DNA of 52,563 bases. It comes from Planctomycetaceae bacterium (GTDB lineage Bacteria > Planctomycetota > Planctomycetia > Planctomycetales > Planctomycetaceae). Made by a program: the position numbers and the translations under genes. Under the pieces are notes generated by a model, which was not told where the DNA came from, ran no database searches, and saw nothing but the letters and a program-made list of their open reading frames with translations. The stretch is from positions 1-52,563 of the forward strand of contig JBFXBJ010000001.1 of the NCBI GenBank assembly GCA_050183395.1, read 5' to 3'. This document shows positions 17,310 to 25,699 of this stretch, in pieces. Each line of letters begins with the position of its first letter. The first letter of the stretch is position 1.

Positions 17310-17855
17310 ATGAGACTCACGACTGCACTTTCCGCTGCTGTGTTGATGATTACGGCCGCTGCTTTCGCCGCCGACAAGGATGGCCTGGAAGTCGGGTCCA
17401 ACGTCGGGGCCTTTGACGTCATGGACGTCACCGGTCCCAGCGCCGGCAAAGCCCTGTGCTACCGTTGCCAGTTCAAGGATCGGCCCGTCGTCAGCATCTT
17501 CACCCGTGAGGTCAACGACGAGTTGGCCACGCTCGTCAAAAACATTGACGACGTCGTCGGCAAGAACCAGGCGGAGAAGATGGCGGCGTTCGTCGTACTG
17601 CTGAGTGACGAACCGCAGGCTCAGGAAGGCAAACTCAAGGAGCTCGCCAAAAAGCATGGGATCGCCAACACGCCGCTGACCACCTTCGACGACAAGAACG
17701 GCCCTCCCAGCTACAAACTGTCCAAGGATGCCGATTTCACCGTCATGATGTGGGTCAACGGCGAACTGAAGGTGAACGAGACCTTCAAGGCCGGACAATT
17801 GAGTCCGCAGCAGATCACGCAAGTCGTTGAGAAGACCGGGACCATTCTCAACTGA
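17310..17855 (+). CDS. secreted thioredoxin-fold (redoxin-like) protein with a CxxC motif
   Basis: AAGGAG precedes ATG 17310. The signal peptide is MRLTTALSAAVLMITAAAFA. GKALCYRCQF is followed by a VVSIF strand, a layout typical of redoxin/AhpC-TSA-like proteins. Confidence 0.6.
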   Translation: MRLTTALSAAVLMITAAAFAADKDGLEVGSNVGAFDVMDVTGPSAGKALCYRCQFKDRPVVSIFTREVNDELATLVKNIDDVVGKNQAEKMAAFVVLLSDEPQAQEGKLKELAKKHGIANTPLTTFDDKNGPPSYKLSKDADFTVMMWVNGELKVNETFKAGQLSPQQITQVVEKTGTILN

Positions 17856-17888
17856 GTTGACGGCGTTCAAACGACGATGAGTCTATCG

Positions 17889-17930
17889 ACAAGCCCGTCC
17901 TCCAGGAATCGGAGGCGGGCTTGTTTCGTT
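17889..17930 (+). terminator. intrinsic terminator after the redoxin-like gene
   Basis: ACAAGCCCGtCCTCC-aggaatc-GGAGGCGGGCTTGT forms a 14-bp stem with one bulge, followed by TTCGTT. It lies 34 nt after the stop codon. Confidence 0.65.
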
Positions 17931-18065
17931 CACGCCACACCTGGCAGAGGGATCCGGCATGGAATGACAAGTCCGCCGGATCGTCGTCGCGGTGGAATTT
18001 GCGTCGGGATGTCGAGAACTCAAAACGACCAGCGTTCCCCCGGAAGAACCCGCCAACCCCTTTGA

Positions 18066-18386
18066 CGCACTTACGCGTCGTGGGCGCACTCGCGATTGAT
18101 GGCGAGTCTGGGTCGTGCGGGCCGCACCGCGGACCCTTGTATCTTGCGTTCACTTGCTCTCCCCTTGAGGGAGATTCTGTGCGGGAGCGAAGAATCGGGG
18201 TGGGGGCGCGCTGTGGGACTGCGGCGCCGCGCTCGCATCCCGCCGCCCCCTCACCTGGTTCGACGCCGAGGCGTCGAACCTGTCCTCTCCCTCAAGGGGA
18301 GAGGACTCCATCTCCAGGGGAGAGGACGTCTGCCGAAATCCGCGCGGGCACCCGCCGGAGGCGATTCCAACCGCGTCTGTTGACCG
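18066..18386 (+). repeat. dispersed multi-hairpin repeat, copy A (partner at 42622-42916)
   Basis: Hand alignment to 42622-42916 in the same orientation. The first ~50 nt (from gcactcgcgattgatggcgag) are nearly identical. Three conserved stem-loops are shared. Confidence 0.8.
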
Positions 18387-18601
18387 CCATGCGATCGCAA
18401 CCGACACTGAAGGGCGAGCGAATGGCCGGTCGGCGATCAGGTAGCCGTCCTGGGACTTCCGACCGCGGTTCAGCTCCGTCGGTCGGTTGACCGTCGTTCG
18501 ATGGCGTCAAGAAGGACCAACCGAGAGGTCGCGTTCACGGCGGAGATTGAAACGCTCAAGTCTGTAGGGAGGCACTCCGCGCGCATCAGTGATGATGTTG
18601 T

Positions 18602-20590
18602 TTGGTTGCGGGAGGCCATTCACGCGAGGATGTCGGAGTGCGAAACGAACCGGGCGATGTCCGTGTCGCGGCCTGTTGGCTGATCGGGGCAACAGTCTCA
18701 ATGGCACTGTTGTCGCCCATGAGGTCCGCAGGTTCAGACGGTCCTTCCGAGGAGCCGATCGTCGAGATCGACCGCCGGCACTGGTCGTTTGAGCCGCTGA
18801 TTCGACCGGCGCTTCCTCCGGTTCGGGAATCCGGATGGTGCTGCACCCCGGTGGACCGGTTTATCCTGGCGCGGTTGGAACAGGAGGAATTGCAGCCGAT
18901 GCCGGAGGCCGATCGGCTCACGCTGCTGCGGCGCGTCGCGTTTGATTTGACGGGACTCCCGCCGACGCTGGAGGAGATCGACGCGTTCCTTGCTGATGAG
19001 GGTTTCGGCGCATATGAACGGCTCGTCGACCGACTGCTGGCGAGCCCGGCCTACGGTGAACGCTGGGCACAGCATTGGCTCGATCTTGCCCGTTTCGCGG
19101 AGACGGACGGCTTTGAGCATGACAAAGTCCGGCCACAGGCGTGGCGCTATCGGGATTGGGTCATCGACGCCCTGAATGCCGACGTCCCTTACGATCGCTT
19201 CGTGCAACTCCAATTGGCCGGGGATGAACTGCGGGCGTCGGACGCAGACGCGCACGTGGCGACGGGGTTCCTGTTGTGCGGGCCGGACATGCCGGACATC
19301 AACTTGCAGGAGGAACGCCGTCACGTCTTCCTCAACGACATGACAGGGACCGTCGCGGAAGTCCTGCTCGCATTGCGAATGGGATGTGCGCAATGCCACG
19401 ACCATAAGACCGATCCAATCTCCCAATATGACTTTTACCGCCTGCGGGCGTTCTTCGATTCGCTGGACCTGTTCCGGGACCATCCGGTTCCGAATCGTTC
19501 GTCGCCGGATCAGCAGCCGCTTCCGCTGCGCATCGTGCATAACGCCGCCGGCAGCCGGCCGGAGAGCCGCCTGTGGATCCGCGGCGATTTTCGCCGGCCC
19601 GGACCTCCGGTGGAAGCATCTTTCCCGCGGATCGTTAGCGTGTCACTCACCGCCGTTCCTGACGGCGAACACTCTTCGCCGCCCGTGAGCAGTCGCAGCT
19701 CCCTCGCGGAATGGATCACCCGTGAAGACAATCCCTTGACCGCCCGCGTGATCGTCAACCGCGTTTGGCAACATCACTTCGGTGTCGGCATTGCCGCCAC
19801 ACCGAGCGACTTTGGAATCATGGGCGATCCACCGACCCATCCGGAATTGCTGGATTGGCTCGCCACGGAATTCCTTGAGCAGAATTGGAGCCTGAAGGCA
19901 CTGCACCGGCTGCTGGTCACCTCGGCCGTCTACCGCACCGCGAGCCGGCCGGAGGTGGGAGAGACCGCCGCCTTGAGGTCGCAGCACGACGACTGGTCGC
20001 GACTGCATGACGTCGATCCGGACAATGCCTTCCTCGGCCGCGCGCGTCGACGGCGGCTGGAGGGCGAAGCGATCCGCGACGCGATGCTGTCCGTGTCGGG
20101 CCAACTCAACCGGGAGGCGCGCGGACCCGGGATCCGCCCGCCGCTCGCTCCGGAGATCACTTCGACGCTGCTCAAGAACCAATGGCCGGTCACGGACGAC
20201 CCGCGCGAGTACACGCGACGCAGCCTCTACCTGTTCGTCCGCCGCAATCTCCGCTACCCGCTGTTCGACGTCTTCGACAAGCCCGATCCGAACCTCAGTT
20301 GTTCGCGCCGCAGCGAGACAACCATCGCCCCCCAGGCGCTGCACCTGCTCAACTCAGAGTTTGCACTCGACTGTGCAGAGCGGCTTGCCGACCGTATTTC
20401 CGCCGCTTCCAACGACGCGAGAGAACAGATCACGATCTGTTACCGGCTCGCCTACGGCCGGCCTCCGACCATTGAAGAGCAAGCAGCCGCGCAACAATTC
20501 CTGCGTCCGGGGGAGGGTGAGCCCCGAACCGCACTCATCGACTTGTGCCTCGCCGTGTTCAATACGAACGAGTTCGTCTACTTCGACTGA
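18602..20590 (+). CDS. DUF1549 + DUF1553 family protein (no N-terminal CxxCH domain)
   Basis: CAQCHDHKTDPISQYDFYRL, NRVWQHHFGVGI...HPELLDWLA, and C-terminal FDKPD...FNTNEFVYFD. The start is uncertain (18602 to ATG 18701). Confidence 0.85.
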   Translation: MVAGGHSREDVGVRNEPGDVRVAACWLIGATVSMALLSPMRSAGSDGPSEEPIVEIDRRHWSFEPLIRPALPPVRESGWCCTPVDRFILARLEQEELQPMPEADRLTLLRRVAFDLTGLPPTLEEIDAFLADEGFGAYERLVDRLLASPAYGERWAQHWLDLARFAETDGFEHDKVRPQAWRYRDWVIDALNADVPYDRFVQLQLAGDELRASDADAHVATGFLLCGPDMPDINLQEERRHVFLNDMTGTVAEVLLALRMGCAQCHDHKTDPISQYDFYRLRAFFDSLDLFRDHPVPNRSSPDQQPLPLRIVHNAAGSRPESRLWIRGDFRRPGPPVEASFPRIVSVSLTAVPDGEHSSPPVSSRSSLAEWITREDNPLTARVIVNRVWQHHFGVGIAATPSDFGIMGDPPTHPELLDWLATEFLEQNWSLKALHRLLVTSAVYRTASRPEVGETAALRSQHDDWSRLHDVDPDNAFLGRARRRRLEGEAIRDAMLSVSGQLNREARGPGIRPPLAPEITSTLLKNQWPVTDDPREYTRRSLYLFVRRNLRYPLFDVFDKPDPNLSCSRRSETTIAPQALHLLNSEFALDCAERLADRISAASNDAREQITICYRLAYGRPPTIEEQAAAQQFLRPGEGEPRTALIDLCLAVFNTNEFVYFD

Positions 20591-20599
20591 GAGGAGCAC

Positions 20600-21361
20600 T
20601 CAACCGCAAAGCCGGGCGACTTCGCGGATGGCGTCCAGGGCCTCGTCGACGTCCGAGACCACCATGCCGGCCACACGCCCGTCGCGGTCGCAATCTGCGA
20701 GCAGCAGGAGCTCTTCAAAGTTTTCCGACGCCGCCAATCGGCGACGCGCGCGAACGCCGATCGTGCCGTCGTGAATCCGCCGGGCTTCCGCGTGATGGGC
20801 GATCAGCCACTCAGTCCGTTCGGTGATCCAACCGTCGAGGGCCTCCAGTCCGGCAGCAATGTGATCCCTGGCGTCGATCGCCTTGCCCACGTCGTGCAGA
20901 AGAGCCGCCAGCAGAAACTCCTCATCATACGGAAGTTCATCTCGCGCCAGCTCAAACACTTGCAGGCTGTGGTACAAGGCGTCGCCTTCCGGGTGCCTCG
21001 TGCGCGGCTGCGCGATGTCCGCGAGCGGCAATAGCAGCGACCGATAGAATTGAAACCGCTCCGCCGCGTCAGCAGAACTCGTCGTCGGCGCTCCTTCCCA
21101 ACGCGTTTGAAAGTCACGTTCCTGATCGTAGGCGATCGACAACAGTTCGTGTCGGATCTCGGCGTTCGACGGCAGCGCGTCCCGCCGGACCCAGCGCATG
21201 CCGAGCTTCCGGACCGCCTTCTGCCGCGCGCGGCGGTAGTCGGTCTCCACGCACTGATGAATGAGCTGCGCCGTCTGTACGACGATCTGCCGTCTCAGTT
21301 TATCGGCGGCGTGAACGGGTGCGCGAGCCATGACCAAGCGTGCCGTGACAACGCCCATCAA
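20600..21361 (-). CDS. HD-domain metal-dependent phosphohydrolase
   Basis: HPEGDALYHSLQV...LLAALLHDVGKA...HHAE carries the H..HD..H pattern. It resembles the HD module of CCA-adding-enzyme-type phosphohydrolases. Confidence 0.8.
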   Translation of the reverse strand: MMGVVTARLVMARAPVHAADKLRRQIVVQTAQLIHQCVETDYRRARQKAVRKLGMRWVRRDALPSNAEIRHELLSIAYDQERDFQTRWEGAPTTSSADAAERFQFYRSLLLPLADIAQPRTRHPEGDALYHSLQVFELARDELPYDEEFLLAALLHDVGKAIDARDHIAAGLEALDGWITERTEWLIAHHAEARRIHDGTIGVRARRRLAASENFEELLLLADCDRDGRVAGMVVSDVDEALDAIREVARLCG

Positions 21362-21416
21362 TGCGGCACCGGGCGGATCTCATCGTAAACGGTCCGGACG
21401 CGGGCGGCAATGGGGG

Positions 21417-23312
21417 TCAGGGACCGAGTTCATAGGGAACCTGCCCGGCGCGTTTGGCAAACTTCATCGTCAGGATCGTGGCGCGTTTCCCCGGTTCATC
21501 CAGGACAAGCACCATCTCCTTGCCCGGCTCCTGGTACTGCGCGATGATCGCCCGGATCGCTGCGGCGGCCGGCACGCGGCCAAGATTGAACGTCTGGGGC
21601 ATGTTCCTTGTGTAACCAGCGTCTTTCATCGCATCTCCATCGATCTCGATCTCGACGCCGATCTCGTTCCCGATGTAATCGATCGCCTCTTGCAACGGCG
21701 TGCGGATGAACTCGGCGTCAATCGGACGCTGCAGTTTTTCCGCCAGCGTCTGAGGAGCTGCGCTCTCGCCCGCGGCAAGGGGCGCCGGACGGCCGGAATC
21801 TGCCGAACGAGACCGTGTCGATTGATCCCAGATGAGGATCATTGCGAGAGAGAGATTCGGTGCGGCCTTGGACGGCAGCACGGTGCTGAGCCGCACCAGC
21901 CGGTCGCCCACCGCAGTGAGTGTGGCGCGGCGGACCACTTCCATCATGGCGGGAAACCGTCCGGTCATCCGCCGAAACCCGGCTCGCTGGGGATTCAATT
22001 CCCGCACGATTTCGACGAGCCGTGCCGGCAGGGCGTCCAGTTGACCGGTCACCTGTTTCGCGACGCTCGACGACGAGGACGTGCTCCGGCCGCGCAGGAT
22101 GATCTCCGACGAGAACTCTGCCCCCGTGCCGATGCTCCACGCGACCGTTTCGGCATGAGAGTCGAACCAGGATGTCACTTCCCGCGCGATCAGCCGCGCC
22201 GACTCCGGGAACAGCCCGTCAACATGGCGGAGCACTTCCGCCGGCTCGAAGACGATGGTCAACAGCCGCTCGCGGTCGGTGTGCTCCAACACCGCGAGCA
22301 TCCCGTCACTCGTGTTGTCGTTCGGCGTCTCAATCCATTCAGCAAGCTCTGCGGCGAGCTCGCGCGGTGCGAAGGCGAGCGTCCGCCGGTCCCGGATGAG
22401 CACGGCCCGGTCTTCACGGAGATAGACCTTGTGTTGAGCGTACTCGTCATGGGGAGTTCCGCCGAACTCCTCGATCAAATCGGAAAGCTGCTCCTCCTTC
22501 ACGAGACGGACCACGGCCGTGCGCAGCGGCGCCGATCCCGGCGCTCCGAGCGTCCAGACGAACAGAATCTCTTCGACGGCGGCCGGATCGCGGTTGACGA
22601 GGTTCCGCACGACGGCGTCGAGTGCACCGACCACGTCCTGCGTGAGGCTCCCGCGGAGTTCCGACATCCGCGCGTCGTCACTCCATAATTGGGACGGCCG
22701 GAAGTGGACGAGCACCCGCGCCCCGGAGGGCACCATGAACAACCGGATCGGCTCACCCTCAGCAGGACGCAGCTCACCCGCCCGCCACTGAATGTGTGCC
22801 GGCGTGGCGACGGTTTCGCGCGCCCCGGTCTGCTTGCCGGCCGGCTCAGTCCGGGGTGTGATCGGCACTGCCGGCGGACGGCGGAACCAGGCGAAGCCAG
22901 TGGCGATGACGAGCAGCAGCACCGTTCCCCCCGCGATCGATGCGAAACGGCCGGGACCTCGACTGCGCCGCCCCCTGCGGATCGGCCGGTCGATCGTGAC
23001 CTTCGGCTCGATCTCGATCTGCACCTCGCCGGGACTCAACGCCGGAGTCTTCACGATGCCGGGGAACGGCGGCGACGGTTCTTGCACCGCGGCCCGGTCG
23101 GGAGACGGTGTCGCCTCCCATTCAATGGGCGGCGGTAACGCGCGCGAAGTCTCGGCGGGAACTTGCGGCCGATCTTCGTCGCGTCCGTCGACGCCGCTGA
23201 CCACGAAGTATTGCCCGCATTGTGGGCACTTGACGCGGCGGCCGGACTGCTGATGGCTCCGCAGCACGAGCCGCTTCTGACAGGTCGGGCACGTGGTGCG
23301 CCGTGCGGCCAT
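21417..23312 (-). CDS. zinc-ribbon membrane protein of unknown function
   Basis: N-terminal CPTC...CPQC ribbon, one TM helix (IAGGTVLLLVIATGFAWF) and a large C-terminal domain. ATG 23312 overlaps the upstream stop as TAATG. Confidence 0.75.
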   Translation of the reverse strand: MAARRTTCPTCQKRLVLRSHQQSGRRVKCPQCGQYFVVSGVDGRDEDRPQVPAETSRALPPPIEWEATPSPDRAAVQEPSPPFPGIVKTPALSPGEVQIEIEPKVTIDRPIRRGRRSRGPGRFASIAGGTVLLLVIATGFAWFRRPPAVPITPRTEPAGKQTGARETVATPAHIQWRAGELRPAEGEPIRLFMVPSGARVLVHFRPSQLWSDDARMSELRGSLTQDVVGALDAVVRNLVNRDPAAVEEILFVWTLGAPGSAPLRTAVVRLVKEEQLSDLIEEFGGTPHDEYAQHKVYLREDRAVLIRDRRTLAFAPRELAAELAEWIETPNDNTSDGMLAVLEHTDRERLLTIVFEPAEVLRHVDGLFPESARLIAREVTSWFDSHAETVAWSIGTGAEFSSEIILRGRSTSSSSSVAKQVTGQLDALPARLVEIVRELNPQRAGFRRMTGRFPAMMEVVRRATLTAVGDRLVRLSTVLPSKAAPNLSLAMILIWDQSTRSRSADSGRPAPLAAGESAAPQTLAEKLQRPIDAEFIRTPLQEAIDYIGNEIGVEIEIDGDAMKDAGYTRNMPQTFNLGRVPAAAAIRAIIAQYQEPGKEMVLVLDEPGKRATILTMKFAKRAGQVPYELGP

Positions 23313-25594
23313 TACACCAGCCCCCGGCGTTTGCGGATAAACCACTCCGTCGACATCATCAGCACGAACAGCAGCAACAGGGGCCAGTTATCCCACAGAT
23401 TGACCTGGGTGTGCTGGGTCAATTCGGTTGTCAGTCCGGCTTCCAACAGGCTTTCGATGAACGACGGAAACTGCTCCGGCGGGATGGGAGCCGTCCCGGT
23501 GAGCGCGGCGATCTCCTGCAGCAGATCCAGATCGGCGGCTGGATTATCCCGTTCGATGTCCCGGGGATCGACGATGAACCGCGCTGTCGCGGGGAGTTCG
23601 TAGGGAGTGCCGTTCCGCTTTGCGGATACCGTCACCCAATAGTCCCCCGGCAGGTCGGTCCCCTCAAAGACCGCGTAGCGGTCTTCGCCGCGCTGCTGGG
23701 ATGTCAGTTGTTCGGTCTTGCCGTCCGGCTTGATGAGCGTGATGCTGAATTCGGCGTCGGTCAATGGCTGACGATTCTCATCGCGGGCGCCAAACGTCAC
23801 CGTCACCGGCGACTGCGGCGAGTAGTTCCGCGGATCGACCTGCACCCACACCGGCTGATCTCCTTCCTGCTCCTTGCGCGCCAGCCAGAGGATCATCTGC
23901 TGCCAAAAACGTTGATGCTCTTCCCGAAAGCCGTGCATGTGCCAGAGCCACGTGCTGTCCACAGCTGACGCCATCACGCGCGCCGTCCCGGTGTCGGTCG
24001 CGACCAGAAGTGGAATATGGTCCGGCGTTTCAGCCAAGACCGTTGCACCCAACTTGGGTGTAAGACGGTTTGCGCCGTCCAGTTCCGGCAACTTGGCCCA
24101 AGCGCCCGCGTTGTCGCGAGGGTCAATGTTCATCACGTAGTGCAGAGCGACGCCGGAACGGGTGGGGACCATCGGCAGACGCCGGTCATAAAACTGCGCC
24201 GGATCGATCGTGTCGTCGGGCCGGCGGTCCGCCGGGTTCATGACCACCGGAAGAAAATCGGCGAGCGGCGTGTCGGCATACCCGCCCGCTGCATAATTGT
24301 GCTTCCCGCCGAGCATCAACAGGCCCGCACCGTCGCGCAGACGATCGGCCAAACGGCTCAACAGGTCAGTTTGTCCACGACGAAATGCGCTCGCCGGCAC
24401 ATCTCCAATGATGAACACGTCGTATTGGCCCGGCTCGAACCACTTGGGACTGATCTCGGTCCGCGACGCGAGCGCCCCGGGCAGCAGCACCTGCCAATCG
24501 AACTGGATCTTGGCCGTCCGGTTGAGTTGCTCGACGAACTTCGACTCGTTGCGTCCCAGCGCGTCGAAATACGCGACCTTGAGGCCCCCCTTGCGGACGG
24601 TCAGCAGCGTCTCCAGGAGGTTGTTGGTCAGCTTCAGCTCCCCCTCCAGCGGCACGACCTCGACGGCGATTTTGTATTCACCCGGCCGCTCCGCCACGAG
24701 TGACAGATCGAGCGTCGTCGATTCATCATTGTCCGGAACGGTGAGTTCTCTTGAGGGCGTCGCGCCGCTGAGATACGGCACGGGTTTGAGTTCGCCCGAC
24801 TCGCCCGACCGTTTGCCGGTGCGATCCTCCTGCAAGAGACGTACGGTGACAGTTCGTCCTGCGGCGCCGAGCAACCGTAGTTGCACGCGGAACGGCACGG
24901 TTTTCTTCTCAAACGTCACGGCATCGCCGACGATGTCTTCCACGCCCAGGTCCAGCCCCGCTGTGGACAGGTCCGAAGTCCCGAACGGGACCGGATGAAT
25001 GGGGACTCCGATCTGCTCCGCAAACTGACGGGCGGCGCTGAGAGCATCAACGTCGTTGGGCGCAACGGCCCTCTGGGCGCCGTCGCTCATCAGCACGACG
25101 CCGACCAGACGCCGGCCCGTGTCTTCCTGGCGCAACTCGTCCACCGCCGCCCCAATCGCCGTATAGTTTCCGTCCGCCACGTCGCCCGGATGTTCGACCA
25201 CGGAGGTCAACTCCGCAAAATCGATAAAGCGGATGTCGACCTGCTCCTCCAGACGCGCCAGCGGCCCGGCGGCTTCGCTGAGCGTGCGCAGCAGCGCTGC
25301 CCGGCGCGTGATGCCTCCCGGTCCGTCCGGCGTCGCCATGCTGGCCGATTGATCCGTCAGAATCACCATTTCGGCCGACTGCGTGTCTGTCTCCGAAAAA
25401 CGCACTGCCGGCCGGAGCATGGCGAACACCAGCATGATCGCCGTGAGCAATCGCAGTCCGATCAACGCCCGTCGCCGTGCGGCGGACAGATGCCGCACCC
25501 GCGCCGGGTACGTCGCCAGCACGACCGCGACCAGGCCCGCACCGATCAGTGACACGATCGGCCACGGCCAAATCGGTTCGACGATCAACTGCAT
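23312..25594 (-). CDS. membrane protein with a VWA-like (DxSxS) domain and a glutamine-amidotransferase-like domain (Bat-operon-like)
   Basis: N-terminal TM helices, a LTDQSASM MIDAS-like motif, a YDVFIIGDV...LLMLGG block, and a C-terminal TM anchor. Confidence 0.8.
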   Translation of the reverse strand: MQLIVEPIWPWPIVSLIGAGLVAVVLATYPARVRHLSAARRRALIGLRLLTAIMLVFAMLRPAVRFSETDTQSAEMVILTDQSASMATPDGPGGITRRAALLRTLSEAAGPLARLEEQVDIRFIDFAELTSVVEHPGDVADGNYTAIGAAVDELRQEDTGRRLVGVVLMSDGAQRAVAPNDVDALSAARQFAEQIGVPIHPVPFGTSDLSTAGLDLGVEDIVGDAVTFEKKTVPFRVQLRLLGAAGRTVTVRLLQEDRTGKRSGESGELKPVPYLSGATPSRELTVPDNDESTTLDLSLVAERPGEYKIAVEVVPLEGELKLTNNLLETLLTVRKGGLKVAYFDALGRNESKFVEQLNRTAKIQFDWQVLLPGALASRTEISPKWFEPGQYDVFIIGDVPASAFRRGQTDLLSRLADRLRDGAGLLMLGGKHNYAAGGYADTPLADFLPVVMNPADRRPDDTIDPAQFYDRRLPMVPTRSGVALHYVMNIDPRDNAGAWAKLPELDGANRLTPKLGATVLAETPDHIPLLVATDTGTARVMASAVDSTWLWHMHGFREEHQRFWQQMILWLARKEQEGDQPVWVQVDPRNYSPQSPVTVTFGARDENRQPLTDAEFSITLIKPDGKTEQLTSQQRGEDRYAVFEGTDLPGDYWVTVSAKRNGTPYELPATARFIVDPRDIERDNPAADLDLLQEIAALTGTAPIPPEQFPSFIESLLEAGLTTELTQHTQVNLWDNWPLLLLFVLMMSTEWFIRKRRGLV

Positions 25595-25610
25595 TGTGTC
25601 ATTCTTGAAG

Positions 25611-25674
25611 TTGACGAGTTGATGTGTTGACAGGTGGATGAGTTGACGGGCTGATCGGTTGAAGGGTGGAACAG
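25611..25674. repeat. four tandem degenerate 16-nt repeats in the intergenic spacer
   Basis: The units are TTGACGAGTTGATGTG, TTGACAGGTGGATGAG, TTGACGGGCTGATCGG and TTGAAGGGTGGAACAG. Pairwise identity is 11-12 of 16. Confidence 0.7.
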
Positions 25675-25699
25675 CGGCCGTTGTGACGAACCCATTGTC

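Noticed and set aside
15152-17416. A very long ORF (754 aa) antisense to the PSCyt/DUF1553 gene. Similar long shadow ORFs occur at 32502-34517, 34537-36123, 35955-37166, 29973-31424, 21330-22688, 38855-40084, 9808-10866, 2986-4473 and 4070-5119.
   Set aside because: Each lies opposite a gene with clear family motifs. Their translations are Arg/Pro/Gly-rich with no recognisable motifs. This is the expected stop-codon-poor antisense frame of a high-GC genome.
17921-18490. A 189-aa ORF (with 18096-18383 and 42379-42927) spanning the dispersed repeat and sharing peptide stretches between the two copies.
   Set aside because: The shared peptides only reflect the repeated DNA. The ~20-nt indel between copies shifts the frame, so upstream parts match in different frames. 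The composition is Arg/Pro/Gly-rich, and the substitutions preserve hairpins rather than codons.
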